In this document: one piece after another, positions 19,852 to 29,036 of the stretch
Numbering within the stretch: the first letter of the stretch is position 1
Layout: each line of letters begins with the position of its first letter
Assembly: GCA_027622665.1 (NCBI GenBank)
Contig: JAQBYT010000007.1
Coordinates: 1 to 64,000 of the forward strand
DNA length: 64,000 nt
Source: Verrucomicrobiota bacterium
GTDB lineage: Bacteria; Verrucomicrobiota; Verrucomicrobiia; Opitutales; Seribacteraceae
Reading direction: 5' to 3'
Position numbers and translations under genes: made by a program
The notes under the pieces: generated by a model
Seen by the model: the letters and a program-made list of their open reading frames with translations, nothing else
What the model was told of the DNA's origin: nothing
Database searches by the model: none

Positions 19852-20594
19852 TTCCCTCTTCTAAATACTTGACTTCTCTCAACGGACATAGGTCGGGCTT
19901 CACTCTGCTCGAGTTACTTGTCGTTATCTCCGTAATGGCTTTAATGATGGGCTTTATTGGATTCAGTTTGCTTGGAGGAGGAGGGGCCTCACTGGATGCC
20001 GCTCAGCGAGAAATGGTTAGTCTTGTCCAGCAGACTCGCATGCAAGCCACTCTTTCCGGGCGAGAAACCCGCCTCATCGTTCATGACGATCCGGCAGTCC
20101 CGGAGAAATTTCATCGTTACCTTGAGATCGTCGTCGAAGACGCTAATGTTACTGGTGCTTGGAGACCGCTTGGCCAAGGGACACTTCTTCCCGAGGGGGC
20201 TTATATCGTTCCTAATGAGGAAGGCTTCGGCGTTAGTATTGAAATATCATCGAATGTAACTTGGCCTAGCGAAGCTTATACCATCTGGAGTGGTGATGCC
20301 GCCGAGAATTTTCTCCTCGGTTCGATACGAAAGGGAGTGCGCACTGAAAATGGTCCCAATGCCTTGAATTTCCGTTATTTGGCATTTGATGGTGAAGGGA
20401 AGGTTAATTGTTCTACCGCCGCCGGTCCTGCCGGTACCTCCCCGCCGCCAATGATTGTGCTTGCCATCGGAAGTCCCAATCCACCCAACACGGGAAAGGC
20501 AATTCGCTTCGATAATCCAAATGATATTTCGGGCGTACTCCTGCGCCGATATGGCGGATTTGCTGTTTTGAATTACGATGATATCGCAAATTGA
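19848..20594 (+). CDS. Prepilin-type (GspH/FimT-like) minor pseudopilin
   Basis: G|FTLLELLVVISVMAL; ATGA overlap with the previous gene. Confidence 0.88.
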   Translation: MIPSSKYLTSLNGHRSGFTLLELLVVISVMALMMGFIGFSLLGGGGASLDAAQREMVSLVQQTRMQATLSGRETRLIVHDDPAVPEKFHRYLEIVVEDANVTGAWRPLGQGTLLPEGAYIVPNEEGFGVSIEISSNVTWPSEAYTIWSGDAAENFLLGSIRKGVRTENGPNALNFRYLAFDGEGKVNCSTAAGPAGTSPPPMIVLAIGSPNPPNTGKAIRFDNPNDISGVLLRRYGGFAVLNYDDIAN

Positions 20595-21157
20595 TCGTGA
20601 ACGACTTACCTAGCCAAAATCCGGGCAACCGAAGCAACTGTGGTTTCACTTTGCTGGAAGTGATCATTGCCTTGTCGGTATTTGGCTTTCTCATCGGCGG
20701 ACTTTTGGCCTTACTTCCATGGGGCGTAGAGGGCGCGGGCAATGTGCGTGACCGGAATATGGCCTATGGAATGACCGATGCGATCCAAGTGGAACTGGAG
20801 CTGATGGGATTCGGCTTGGTCGAGTCGCTCTCCGATGAAGATCAAGTTATAGATCTTGTCGCTCCTGCGGATGGAGGTGCGGTCCGCTGGGAACCTAACG
20901 CCAAGCAAACTTCCGAATTTTCCATAGCTAGATCTCAATTGGACGAAATGGATAAGGAGCTGCCGGCCGGTCAGCGTTATTTCCTCATTCGGTGTAGCCA
21001 GTTTCCTGAGGGCAATAGGCATGAGCACGATAAAAGCAACGGATATCTCGGTTTACAGGTCGACGTTCAGTGGCCTTACAAGACGCTTGATGCCGAAGAT
21101 GGAGTCGAGGAACGTATTCGTTCTCATTTCCATTTCCCCATGGCCATCACTCGTTGA
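20591..21157 (+). CDS. Prepilin-type (GspI/PilV-like) minor pseudopilin
   Basis: G|FTLLEVIIALSVFG; 4-nt overlap with the previous gene. Confidence 0.85.
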   Translation: MIVNDLPSQNPGNRSNCGFTLLEVIIALSVFGFLIGGLLALLPWGVEGAGNVRDRNMAYGMTDAIQVELELMGFGLVESLSDEDQVIDLVAPADGGAVRWEPNAKQTSEFSIARSQLDEMDKELPAGQRYFLIRCSQFPEGNRHEHDKSNGYLGLQVDVQWPYKTLDAEDGVEERIRSHFHFPMAITR

Positions 21158-21160
21158 CAG

Positions 21161-22048
21161 ATGTGTGATTGGTCGAAGGTGGCCGCATGGGTGTCGGCCT
21201 CGCGGCCTCGTACTTTAGTTGCTTCTTTGAGTCCGGTTTGCATCGGAACTAGTCTTGCCTTACGCGAAGTCGACGAGATTTCCTGGATCTTGGTCGGTCT
21301 TTGCTTGGCTTTCGCCATTTTCATGCAAGTGGGTGCCAATTTCGCCAACGACTATTATGATTTCGTCAAAGGCGCCGATGACGAACGCCGATTGGGACCG
21401 GCTCGATCGGTTGCTTCGGGACTCGTGTCTCCATCCGTCATGCGGATAGCTGCGTTTGGTACTCTTGCCTTGGGGTTTGCTCTCGGCTTGTTCCTTATGG
21501 TGTTTTCAGGTGCGGGGTGGCCTCTCCTTTTAGTTGGAGTGGCTAGTGTCTTTTGCGCCTTGGCTTATACCGCCGGTCCTTGGCCATTGGCTTATCTTGG
21601 ATTGGGTGACGCGTTCGTGGTGCTTTTCTTTGGTCTGGTTGCTACGGGAGTTACTCACTACGTACTGCTTCACCAGGCTGGGCTTGATTGGATCCCCGTA
21701 TGGTGGGCCGGCCTTGCCGTGGGATTGATTATCAATAATCTGTTGGTGGTAAACAATCATCGTGACGCCGATGAAGATGCCGCTTGTGGAAAGCGAACTC
21801 TGGTAGCTCGATTCGGTCGAAAGTTTGGCGTCCTACTCTACTTGGTCGGGTCTTGTGTGGCTTTGGGCCTTTGCCCTTGGTACGAACGAGGTTTGCTTTG
21901 GACCGCTTGTTTGTTGCCTGTCGCCCTGTTTCTTGGACTGCTTCTCAGCAAGGCGAAAAGCCAAAAAGATTACGCTACCCTATTAGGCCGATCCGCCGCT
22001 TTGGTCGTCGTTCACGGTATCCTGGCTGTCGGCGGATTACTGATATAG
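21161..22048 (+). CDS. menA: 1,4-dihydroxy-2-naphthoate polyprenyltransferase
   Basis: RPRTL, NFANDYYDFVKGAD, LAYLGLGD, LVVNNHRD...GKRTLVARFG. Confidence 0.92.
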   Translation: MCDWSKVAAWVSASRPRTLVASLSPVCIGTSLALREVDEISWILVGLCLAFAIFMQVGANFANDYYDFVKGADDERRLGPARSVASGLVSPSVMRIAAFGTLALGFALGLFLMVFSGAGWPLLLVGVASVFCALAYTAGPWPLAYLGLGDAFVVLFFGLVATGVTHYVLLHQAGLDWIPVWWAGLAVGLIINNLLVVNNHRDADEDAACGKRTLVARFGRKFGVLLYLVGSCVALGLCPWYERGLLWTACLLPVALFLGLLLSKAKSQKDYATLLGRSAALVVVHGILAVGGLLI

Positions 22049-22092
22049 TCGACTCATTTAAAAGTCGCTAGATCAGGGATATAGAAAAGATT

Positions 22093-22410
22093 CTAAGCCT
22101 GAACGATTTTCACCAACTCGTCTTTGCTCTTTAGACCAACGATGGTTTCCGAGAGTTTTCCACCTTTGAAGACCAAGAGCGTAGGAATGGACTGAACCCC
22201 GTGTTCTTGGGCGAGTTCGGTATTTTCATCCACGTTCACCTTGTATATATTCACGGCGTCGCCCACTTCGTTGGCCACTTCTTCGAGCACGGGGGCCAAG
22301 GCTTTGCAAGGTCCGCACCAAGGTGCCCAGAAGTCGACTACAACTGTGTTTTCCGCATCTGCGGTGGCATTGGCAAACGTTTCCTTATTTAGACTAGTGA
22401 TGTCGGACAT
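22093..22410 (-). CDS. trxA: Thioredoxin
   Basis: DFWAPWCGPCK; SIPTLLVFKGG. Confidence 0.96.
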   Translation of the reverse strand: MSDITSLNKETFANATADAENTVVVDFWAPWCGPCKALAPVLEEVANEVGDAVNIYKVNVDENTELAQEHGVQSIPTLLVFKGGKLSETIVGLKSKDELVKIVQA

Positions 22411-22453
22411 AATTCTTTTGTAGCTCGTTGTTATTGAATTAAAGAAAGAAAAA

Positions 22454-23269
22454 TCAAGAGTATTGCAGGAAAAGCAATATGGCTAAAGTTAAGGCTCCTC
22501 CGAATACGAGGAAGTCCAGTACCATGAAAAAAATGTTGGGTCCTGCTTTCTGTTCGTGTGAACCTCCGGACGCAAGCACTGTGGTGCCACCCGGTGGGAC
22601 ACCCATTGGTCCTAGAGTGCCAGCAGGTCCACCCGTGGGTGCTCCGGGTGCGAGACCGCCCATTGGCGATGGTCCGCCAGGTGGAGGTGGAGGGAATCCG
22701 GGTCCACCCGGAGCACCCTTTGGTGCTTCCAATGCCGGTTTCGGTCCGCCTGGGAAGGCGGGGCCGGGAGTTGTTCCGCCAAGCGCTGGTCCGCCAGTAG
22801 GCAATTTTGGGGCTTCGAGAGCGGGGGCAGGTCCAGCGGCGACCAGAGAGATTCCGGGGACGGGTGTTGATGGGAGGACGGGGCTTGGTGTCGGCCCGGC
22901 GGGAGCAGTGGCACCCGGAATGGGCGGCAACGGAGGAGCAGCAGTAGGTGCTGGAGTTGTTGGAACACTCGGTGCAGGAACCGGAGCGGGGCCGCGGGGA
23001 GTGATGGCACCCGGAATGGGCGGCAATCCGAATGCTGCTGCAGGAACGGGACCAGCGACGGGTGCCGGAGTTGGAACGTTTGGAGTAGGAGCAGGTGCCA
23101 GACCGCCGGGAGCGGGAGTTACGCCTCCTGCCAGTTGAATCTTTGGAGCGAAAGGTGACTTGGTGACGCGAAACTTTGGTGCCCCTCCGGGTTTTGGAGG
23201 GGTGCCCGCCTTAGGTGTCAATTTCAAGGAAGGTTTCGGTGGTTCTGTCGATTGTCCTTCGTCGGTCAT
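22454..23269 (-). CDS. Pro/Gly/Ala-rich protein with single C-terminal transmembrane helix
   Basis: Low-complexity ORF ending NIFFMVLDFLVFGGALTLAILLFLQYS; co-oriented with its neighbours. Confidence 0.7.
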   Translation of the reverse strand: MTDEGQSTEPPKPSLKLTPKAGTPPKPGGAPKFRVTKSPFAPKIQLAGGVTPAPGGLAPAPTPNVPTPAPVAGPVPAAAFGLPPIPGAITPRGPAPVPAPSVPTTPAPTAAPPLPPIPGATAPAGPTPSPVLPSTPVPGISLVAAGPAPALEAPKLPTGGPALGGTTPGPAFPGGPKPALEAPKGAPGGPGFPPPPPGGPSPMGGLAPGAPTGGPAGTLGPMGVPPGGTTVLASGGSHEQKAGPNIFFMVLDFLVFGGALTLAILLFLQYS

Positions 23270-23328
23270 GATTCTGTGGGTTTGGTATTTTGAGTCTCTC
23301 TAAAACTTCTAGTTCTGCTTTAAGGCGA

Positions 23329-23604
23329 TTATTTTTCGGGTGAATTCTTTTCTAAAAGGTCTGCCAGTTCCTGAGGTTCCACATCATCTAACCTTTTTTT
23401 GCGTTGTTGCAAGTTCTCGAAGGTTTTGCAAACGGTTTCGGTCATGTTGTCGTGAGTTTCCTCGGATCCACCGAGGATTGAGAATTCTTCGGCCTTGGTT
23501 ATGCGGACATGCCCATCGTCGCAGTCTAGTCCTAGTCCAAGCAAATGGGATTGGCTTTGTTTTGTGGGCTTTATTTGTCTTTCGCTCATGCCGTTTCTTT
23601 TCAA
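23329..23604 (-). CDS. Small conserved-looking hypothetical protein
   Basis: Fills the gap in a minus-strand run; 'LLGLGLDCDDGHVRIT...GGSEETH' resembles a small PVC-type family (from memory). Confidence 0.65.
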   Translation of the reverse strand: MKRNGMSERQIKPTKQSQSHLLGLGLDCDDGHVRITKAEEFSILGGSEETHDNMTETVCKTFENLQQRKKRLDDVEPQELADLLEKNSPEK

Positions 23605-23673
23605 GATGAAAGCATAAAAAGGTAACCCCTCCGAGTCCTCCGAGTCAATACTCGATGGATATGGGAATCGAGC

Positions 23674-25812
23674 TCAAAAGGAGTATAGGCGAAGGCTAAC
23701 ATCGAATTCTAGGTCGTCTTCCTTGAGAGCTCCTCTAAAATGTGTAACGGAGTACAGTAGATCCCACGAATCGCCCAGCCGTCGTTGCATGCCTAGAAAG
23801 AGATGCGTGAAGCGGTCTCCCTCAGCATCATAACGAGCTCCTCCGTATATTGTTTGACGCTCAGTTAGTCGGTGGGTTCCCGTAACTTGGTACTGGTTTG
23901 AGAAATCTTGGTAGTCGAAAAGAGCGAAATCGAGTTCGCCAAAGTCACCATCGGTCAATCGGGTAGACAGGGCTAGGCGTTCAACTTGTCCCGTTGCCGA
24001 GTCCAGTTTTGCCTGAAAGCCCAATGCCAGCCAATCCGCTGGAGACAGGAGCAGATCGGCGTAAAAGTCATCGAATGCATTCTCGCCGAGTTTTCTGTCG
24101 GGTAACAGGTCTTGGTAGATCAGTAGGTGCCCCAAGAGGTGGGGAAGCCCGTCTTCTCCACGCGTGTATACTCGGTTCTCCAAGCCGATGCGGAAGAGGT
24201 GGCTTTCACCGATGGAATCGGTCTGACGTCGGTCGAACAGGTCGAGTGGTCGCAGGTTCGGATCTTGGAATTCATGGTCTATTGGAGGAATCAGGCCTAG
24301 ATCATTAGAGTCGAGTTCATTTACTTTTCGGTGGCTTAGAACCACGGCGATTTCGTGCCTGAGGCCGTTTATTTCCCATGTGTCGTTTTGTAGGTCGAAG
24401 TCCCCGTGGAGGCTCGCCCTCAGGTCGGCTCCGATTTCTCCCAGATGTCGGGTCGGGTCGGCACCGTCCACATCGTAATCGACAAGTCTATACGAGGCAA
24501 GAGGAGTAAGGGACAGCCATCGAGTGAGACGAAAAGGTCGCCTGACACCATAGGCGAGATCGATCCGGTCGGATTCGATATCCGGGGAAATCAAAGGGTC
24601 CGCCTTGCGAAGGCTTGCGAGAGCGATGGAAAAACTGTGGTAGAGTTCGGGGGCTAGGAATTCATAAGGAGCCAGATCTAGAGATAATTCCGGTCGTCGT
24701 TCCACAACGGTTTCGTATTCATTGGCGTGAAAGCGCGAAAAGAGTGAGAGAGTAAGGTTTTCTCCCTCATAGCCAATTTCCGCGTGTGAGTCGTTCCATT
24801 GGCGTTCGGTAAAGAGTTCTCGACGAAAGTCTCGTATCGTCTCCGAATCGTTTTGCCACTCCAGTTGCAGGGCCAGTCGGAAATTTTCATGTACCCTTTG
24901 CAGGTGGTTCAGATCGGCGAATCCGCGACTGGTTTCCACTAAGTCTCCTCGAATATCCACCCCGCGGTTGTCGCCTCCGTCGTTTATAAAACCTCCAAGG
25001 AGCCGACCTTTTGCGTAACCTCCCTCATAATGGTGCAGATAATTCGCCTCGGGAGAAAACAGAACCCCGCGTTTGGTGAAACCCGTTACGCTGCCTCCCA
25101 TTTCCATCGAGGGCGAGATGCTGTACAAGGATCCCACTTCCAGATACCATCCTAGACGGTCTTCTTTCCCCGCCGACAAGCTTAGGTCGAATATGGATTT
25201 TCGATCTTTGATCTTGAGCCAAGGCAATTTGCCAATCGTAAAGTCACCCACTCGAAAACTTATCCCTCGGCCAGTGAAAGTGCTTTCGTTCGAATCGATT
25301 TCCAGTTCCCTCAATCGTAGGTTCGGTTCCCACGGTCGTTTTTCTCGAATGTACAAGTTTACGTCTTTCGACTGGAATATGCCGTCCACTTGCTCTGCTT
25401 TTGAACCCTCCGTCACTATCGGATCGATCCCCATGCGGAAATTAACGGCGGTCATGTCACCGGAATCCAAATGCAGGGTTATGGAGTCGGCCAGGGCTCG
25501 AAAGTTCTTCATCGTAAGGATGACGTTTCCTTTGGCCGTGGCTATGCTTGCATTGCGATCCAGTTCAATCCTGTCCGCCAGCAGCAGCATGGGGCCGTTT
25601 TTCAGGCGTGCATTCCCCGATGCGATAAATTGATTGGTCGCTCCTTCGAAAACGATGGGGTCATCGGCGGTCAGGCTGGCTGTGGTCGCATCTTCTTGAG
25701 CAAACAGTAAGATGTTACCAAGGCAAAGAAGGAGATAAGTGCGAAGGAAAGTTTTGGAAATCACCCCGACAAGATGAAACCCTTGGCCAGCAAAACAAGA
25801 AAGAAATGTCAT
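23674..25812 (-). CDS. lptD: LPS-assembly protein LptD-like outer-membrane beta-barrel
   Basis: OstA-like N-terminal domain (IASGNARLK...LADRIELD...TAKGNV), amphipathic strands, C-terminal LYSF. Start uncertain (~25764-25821). Confidence 0.7.
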   Translation of the reverse strand: MTFLSCFAGQGFHLVGVISKTFLRTYLLLCLGNILLFAQEDATTASLTADDPIVFEGATNQFIASGNARLKNGPMLLLADRIELDRNASIATAKGNVILTMKNFRALADSITLHLDSGDMTAVNFRMGIDPIVTEGSKAEQVDGIFQSKDVNLYIREKRPWEPNLRLRELEIDSNESTFTGRGISFRVGDFTIGKLPWLKIKDRKSIFDLSLSAGKEDRLGWYLEVGSLYSISPSMEMGGSVTGFTKRGVLFSPEANYLHHYEGGYAKGRLLGGFINDGGDNRGVDIRGDLVETSRGFADLNHLQRVHENFRLALQLEWQNDSETIRDFRRELFTERQWNDSHAEIGYEGENLTLSLFSRFHANEYETVVERRPELSLDLAPYEFLAPELYHSFSIALASLRKADPLISPDIESDRIDLAYGVRRPFRLTRWLSLTPLASYRLVDYDVDGADPTRHLGEIGADLRASLHGDFDLQNDTWEINGLRHEIAVVLSHRKVNELDSNDLGLIPPIDHEFQDPNLRPLDLFDRRQTDSIGESHLFRIGLENRVYTRGEDGLPHLLGHLLIYQDLLPDRKLGENAFDDFYADLLLSPADWLALGFQAKLDSATGQVERLALSTRLTDGDFGELDFALFDYQDFSNQYQVTGTHRLTERQTIYGGARYDAEGDRFTHLFLGMQRRLGDSWDLLYSVTHFRGALKEDDLEFDVSLRLYSF

Positions 25813-25874
25813 TAATATCATTTTGAGCCTGTTTCGAGGTTGCGGGAATGCTTCAACGAATATGGGTTTTAAGC

Positions 25875-28061
25875 ATGATGATTTCCGAACGAAAGCTCGA
25901 TGGGTTTTTCTCAGGTGAGCTAGGGGACCCACACTCAGCGCTTGGAGCTCACCCTGCCGAGAAGGGGGACGCGGTGGTGGTTCGGGTGTTTCTGCCAAAG
26001 GCTGAACGGGTCGAGGTTTTCGACCAACAGTCCGCCCGTACCTTTCCTCTGAAGAAAATCGATGACCGAGGCTTCTTCGAGGGTGCAATCCCCAAAGAGG
26101 GAGAGGCCTTCAATTATCTCCTTCGAAGCTTTGGACCTGCCGGAGACCGCGAGTTTCTCGATCCTTATTCTTTTTTGCCCACCACCACAAACGAGCATCT
26201 CGCAGGCTTTAACAAAGGAACCGAGTCCCAACCCCAGCGAATACTAGGATCAATTTGCCGTGAGTTTTCAGGACAGACCGGCGTCTCCTTCGTGATCTGG
26301 GCACCCTACGCGAAACGTGTTTTTCTTGTAGGTGAATTCAACGATTGGAGCACAAGCTCTCTTCCCATGAGACCTCTTGGCCCTTCCGGTTGCTGGGAAC
26401 TTTTTGTTCCTTATGCCTTTGCGGGTCAGCAGTACAAGTTTCATCTCCTCGGAGCGGATGGCGTATGGGTGACAAAGGCCGATCCTTTCGCCGCTTATTC
26501 TGAATCGCCTCCGGGCAATGCCTCCCTCATTTTCGATTCTTCCGTTTTGCCGGCGGTTGACATTGCTCGCAACGCTTCGCAAGATGTTTACGTGAAACCT
26601 CTTTCCGTATACGAGGTTCATCTCGGGTCATGGCGGCAAACCGACAGTGGTGATCGACCCATGTCCTATCTCGAATTGACCGAGACCTTGCCCGCTTACG
26701 TCCGCGACCTCGGTTTCTCTCACATCGAGTTTTTACCTCCCGCTCAACATCCTTACGGTGGATCTTGGGGCTATCAGGTAACGGGCTTTTACGCCCCGGT
26801 TTCACGGCTCGGCTCACCGGAGGAATTCTCGGGTTTGGTGGCTGCTTGCCATGCGGCGGGTATCGGGGTCATCCTCGATTGGGTGCCGGGTCATTTTCCG
26901 ACCGATGATTTCGGCCTTGCTCGTTTCGACGGCAGTTGCCTCTTTGAGCACGAGGACCCTCGCAAGGGTTTTCATGCAGACTGGGGCACCTTGGCCTTCA
27001 ATTATGGCCGTCCCGAAGTCAGAAGCTTCCTGTTGGGCAGTGCCTTTTCTTGGATTGAGCGATATGGGGTGGACGGGTTTCGCGTGGATGCCGTGGCCTC
27101 GATGCTCTATTTGGATTATTCCCGTGATAAAGGCGAATGGTTGCCGAACGAGAAAGGCGGTCGTGAAAACTTGGAGGCGATTGATTTCATTCGCCAATTC
27201 CACGAGATTCTCCGCAACGAGTATCCTGGAGTTGTCTCCATTGCGGAGGAATCCACAGCATTTCCAAGAATCTCCGAGCCTACTTCGCAAGGCGGTCTGG
27301 GCTTTGACTTCAAGTGGAACATGGGATGGATGCACGATGTTCTTGCCTACTTGGGGGCTTCTCAAAAGGAGCGCCCCGCGTTTCACGATAAACTCACTTT
27401 CGGTTCCACTTACCAGTTTTCGGAGAAATTCGTCCAAGTTTTTTCCCACGACGAGGTGGTCCACGGTAAGGGATCTCTGGCAAACAAAATGAAGGCGCCC
27501 AGCCGGACCGAGCAAATCTCACAGCTTCGGGCTCTCTATGCATTCCTCTGGACTTGGCCGGGAAAAAAGACCCTTTTCATGGGAGGCGAGTTCGCCCAAT
27601 GGAAGGAATGGGACTGCGACGCCGAACTCGATTGGTCTCTTCGCGACTTTCCTCTGCACGAGGGCGTTCGCAACTTGGTTCGGGAGCTAAACAGCTTGTA
27701 TCGGGAGCATCCTTCATGGGCTGTCTGCGACCACCTGCGGGACAAGTTTCAATGGATTTCTTGCGACGACGCCCAAAGTCGCTCCATTTCCTTTCTTCGC
27801 TTCGGAGAAAGGCCCGCCGATACTCTGCTCGTTGCCTGCAACTTTTCCGATGAGGCAAAAAGTCTCCGGTTAGGTTGTCCGTCTTCCGGGAACTGGAGAG
27901 TAATCCTCAACAGCGCCGACATCCGTTACGGTGGGGAAGAGAATGATGAGATCGACGAGCTCTTCGCCGCGGAATCTAAGGAATGCAACAGCTTTCCGCT
28001 CTCCCTTCGGCTCAATATACCCGCCTACTCAGTACTTGTTTTGACACCCGAGTCAGCTTGA
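25875..28061 (+). CDS. glgB: 1,4-alpha-glucan branching enzyme
   Basis: YEVHLGSW, GSWGYQVTG, DWVPGHFP, GFRVDAVASMLY, AEEST, KWNMGWMHD, SHDEVVHGK. Confidence 0.97.
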   Translation: MMISERKLDGFFSGELGDPHSALGAHPAEKGDAVVVRVFLPKAERVEVFDQQSARTFPLKKIDDRGFFEGAIPKEGEAFNYLLRSFGPAGDREFLDPYSFLPTTTNEHLAGFNKGTESQPQRILGSICREFSGQTGVSFVIWAPYAKRVFLVGEFNDWSTSSLPMRPLGPSGCWELFVPYAFAGQQYKFHLLGADGVWVTKADPFAAYSESPPGNASLIFDSSVLPAVDIARNASQDVYVKPLSVYEVHLGSWRQTDSGDRPMSYLELTETLPAYVRDLGFSHIEFLPPAQHPYGGSWGYQVTGFYAPVSRLGSPEEFSGLVAACHAAGIGVILDWVPGHFPTDDFGLARFDGSCLFEHEDPRKGFHADWGTLAFNYGRPEVRSFLLGSAFSWIERYGVDGFRVDAVASMLYLDYSRDKGEWLPNEKGGRENLEAIDFIRQFHEILRNEYPGVVSIAEESTAFPRISEPTSQGGLGFDFKWNMGWMHDVLAYLGASQKERPAFHDKLTFGSTYQFSEKFVQVFSHDEVVHGKGSLANKMKAPSRTEQISQLRALYAFLWTWPGKKTLFMGGEFAQWKEWDCDAELDWSLRDFPLHEGVRNLVRELNSLYREHPSWAVCDHLRDKFQWISCDDAQSRSISFLRFGERPADTLLVACNFSDEAKSLRLGCPSSGNWRVILNSADIRYGGEENDEIDELFAAESKECNSFPLSLRLNIPAYSVLVLTPESA

Positions 28062-28100
28062 ATGCTTCTCTTGGTTATTTGCCTATAGGGGCTTCGATTT

Positions 28101-28565
28101 TCAATCCACCACCGCTTCGCGAGCGGGTCGATCCAGTTCGATCCGGATCTGATCGAGTATGCCGTTGAGAAATTTGCGGGAGTTTTCGGTGGAAAACGTT
28201 TTGGCCAATTCGAGAGCTTCGTTGATCGCCACGACCGGTGGGACGTCGGGTCGATACAACAGTTCGTAGGCGGCCAATCGAAGCAAGGCCAAGTCGGTCT
28301 TGGCAATGCGTTTGAGTTCCCAGTTCTTTGCCAGTGCCCGAATACGCTCGTCCAAGCCCTCCACTTGAGCCACGACTCCATCCACGACTGCAGTGGCGTA
28401 GGCAAAAAACTCGGGTGTTTCTCCTAAGCGGACGTATAGCTCTTCCAGGTCGCGGCCGAGGTCTTCCGGTCGATTCAATTCCCACTGGAACAAATACCGA
28501 AACGCAGCTGCTCGGTTTTTTCGCCGTCGACTCCAGTTTTCGTTTATTTCTAGTTCTTCGTCCAT
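28101..28565 (-). CDS. nusB: Transcription antitermination factor NusB
   Basis: NWELKRIAKTDLALLRL, VAINEALELAK, KFLNGILD; ATG at 28565. Confidence 0.95.
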   Translation of the reverse strand: MDEELEINENWSRRRKNRAAAFRYLFQWELNRPEDLGRDLEELYVRLGETPEFFAYATAVVDGVVAQVEGLDERIRALAKNWELKRIAKTDLALLRLAAYELLYRPDVPPVVAINEALELAKTFSTENSRKFLNGILDQIRIELDRPAREAVVD

Positions 28566-29023
28566 TTTCGCTTCAATTCGGCCATGTGGAGTGCTGCTTC
28601 TCCAAATTCTCGTCCTCGATCCAAAGATCCGGTAACCCGTTCTTCGGCGTCTTCGATGGAATCCGTTACGATGATTCCGTTGATTATCGGGGTGGAACAT
28701 TCCACGGCCAGCTGCTGCATGGCCTGTCCTGCGCTTTCCGCTACCAAGTGGTGGTGCGCAGTGCTTCCCTTGATGACGACTCCCAACCCCACCAAGCAAC
28801 CGAAACTTTCCGCCCCGAGCATCAGGGACATGGCGACGGGTATCTCGTGAGAACCCGGCACACGTTCCACAACCAGCCGTTCGGGTTCGCCCGCATCCTT
28901 GATGATAGCCGTGACCTTGGCCAGCAAGGCGTCGGTCAGCACCTCGTTGTATCGAGCGCAAACGATCCCCAAACGAAATCCGGCGGAAGACCATTTGCCA
29001 CCTTGCGGGGGATCCAGACTCAT
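28550..29023 (-). CDS. ribH: 6,7-dimethyl-8-ribityllumazine synthase
   Basis: IVCARYN, VPGSHEIP, LGVVIKGSTAH; ribH-nusB synteny. Confidence 0.95.
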   Translation of the reverse strand: MSLDPPQGGKWSSAGFRLGIVCARYNEVLTDALLAKVTAIIKDAGEPERLVVERVPGSHEIPVAMSLMLGAESFGCLVGLGVVIKGSTAHHHLVAESAGQAMQQLAVECSTPIINGIIVTDSIEDAEERVTGSLDRGREFGEAALHMAELKRKWTKN

Positions 29024-29036
29024 CGTGTCATCTCCT

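Noticed and set aside
22479..23138. Gly-rich plus-strand ORF resembling collagen/PE-PGRS
   Set aside because: Mirror of the Pro-rich minus-strand gene, which fits gene orientation and has a TM helix.
25822..26088. Apparent lptD/glgB head-to-head overlap
   Set aside because: Artefact of longest-ORF starts; plausible starts leave a short divergent gap.
28566..28994. Long N-terminal extension of nusB
   Set aside because: Overlaps ribH; NusB homology begins at 28565.
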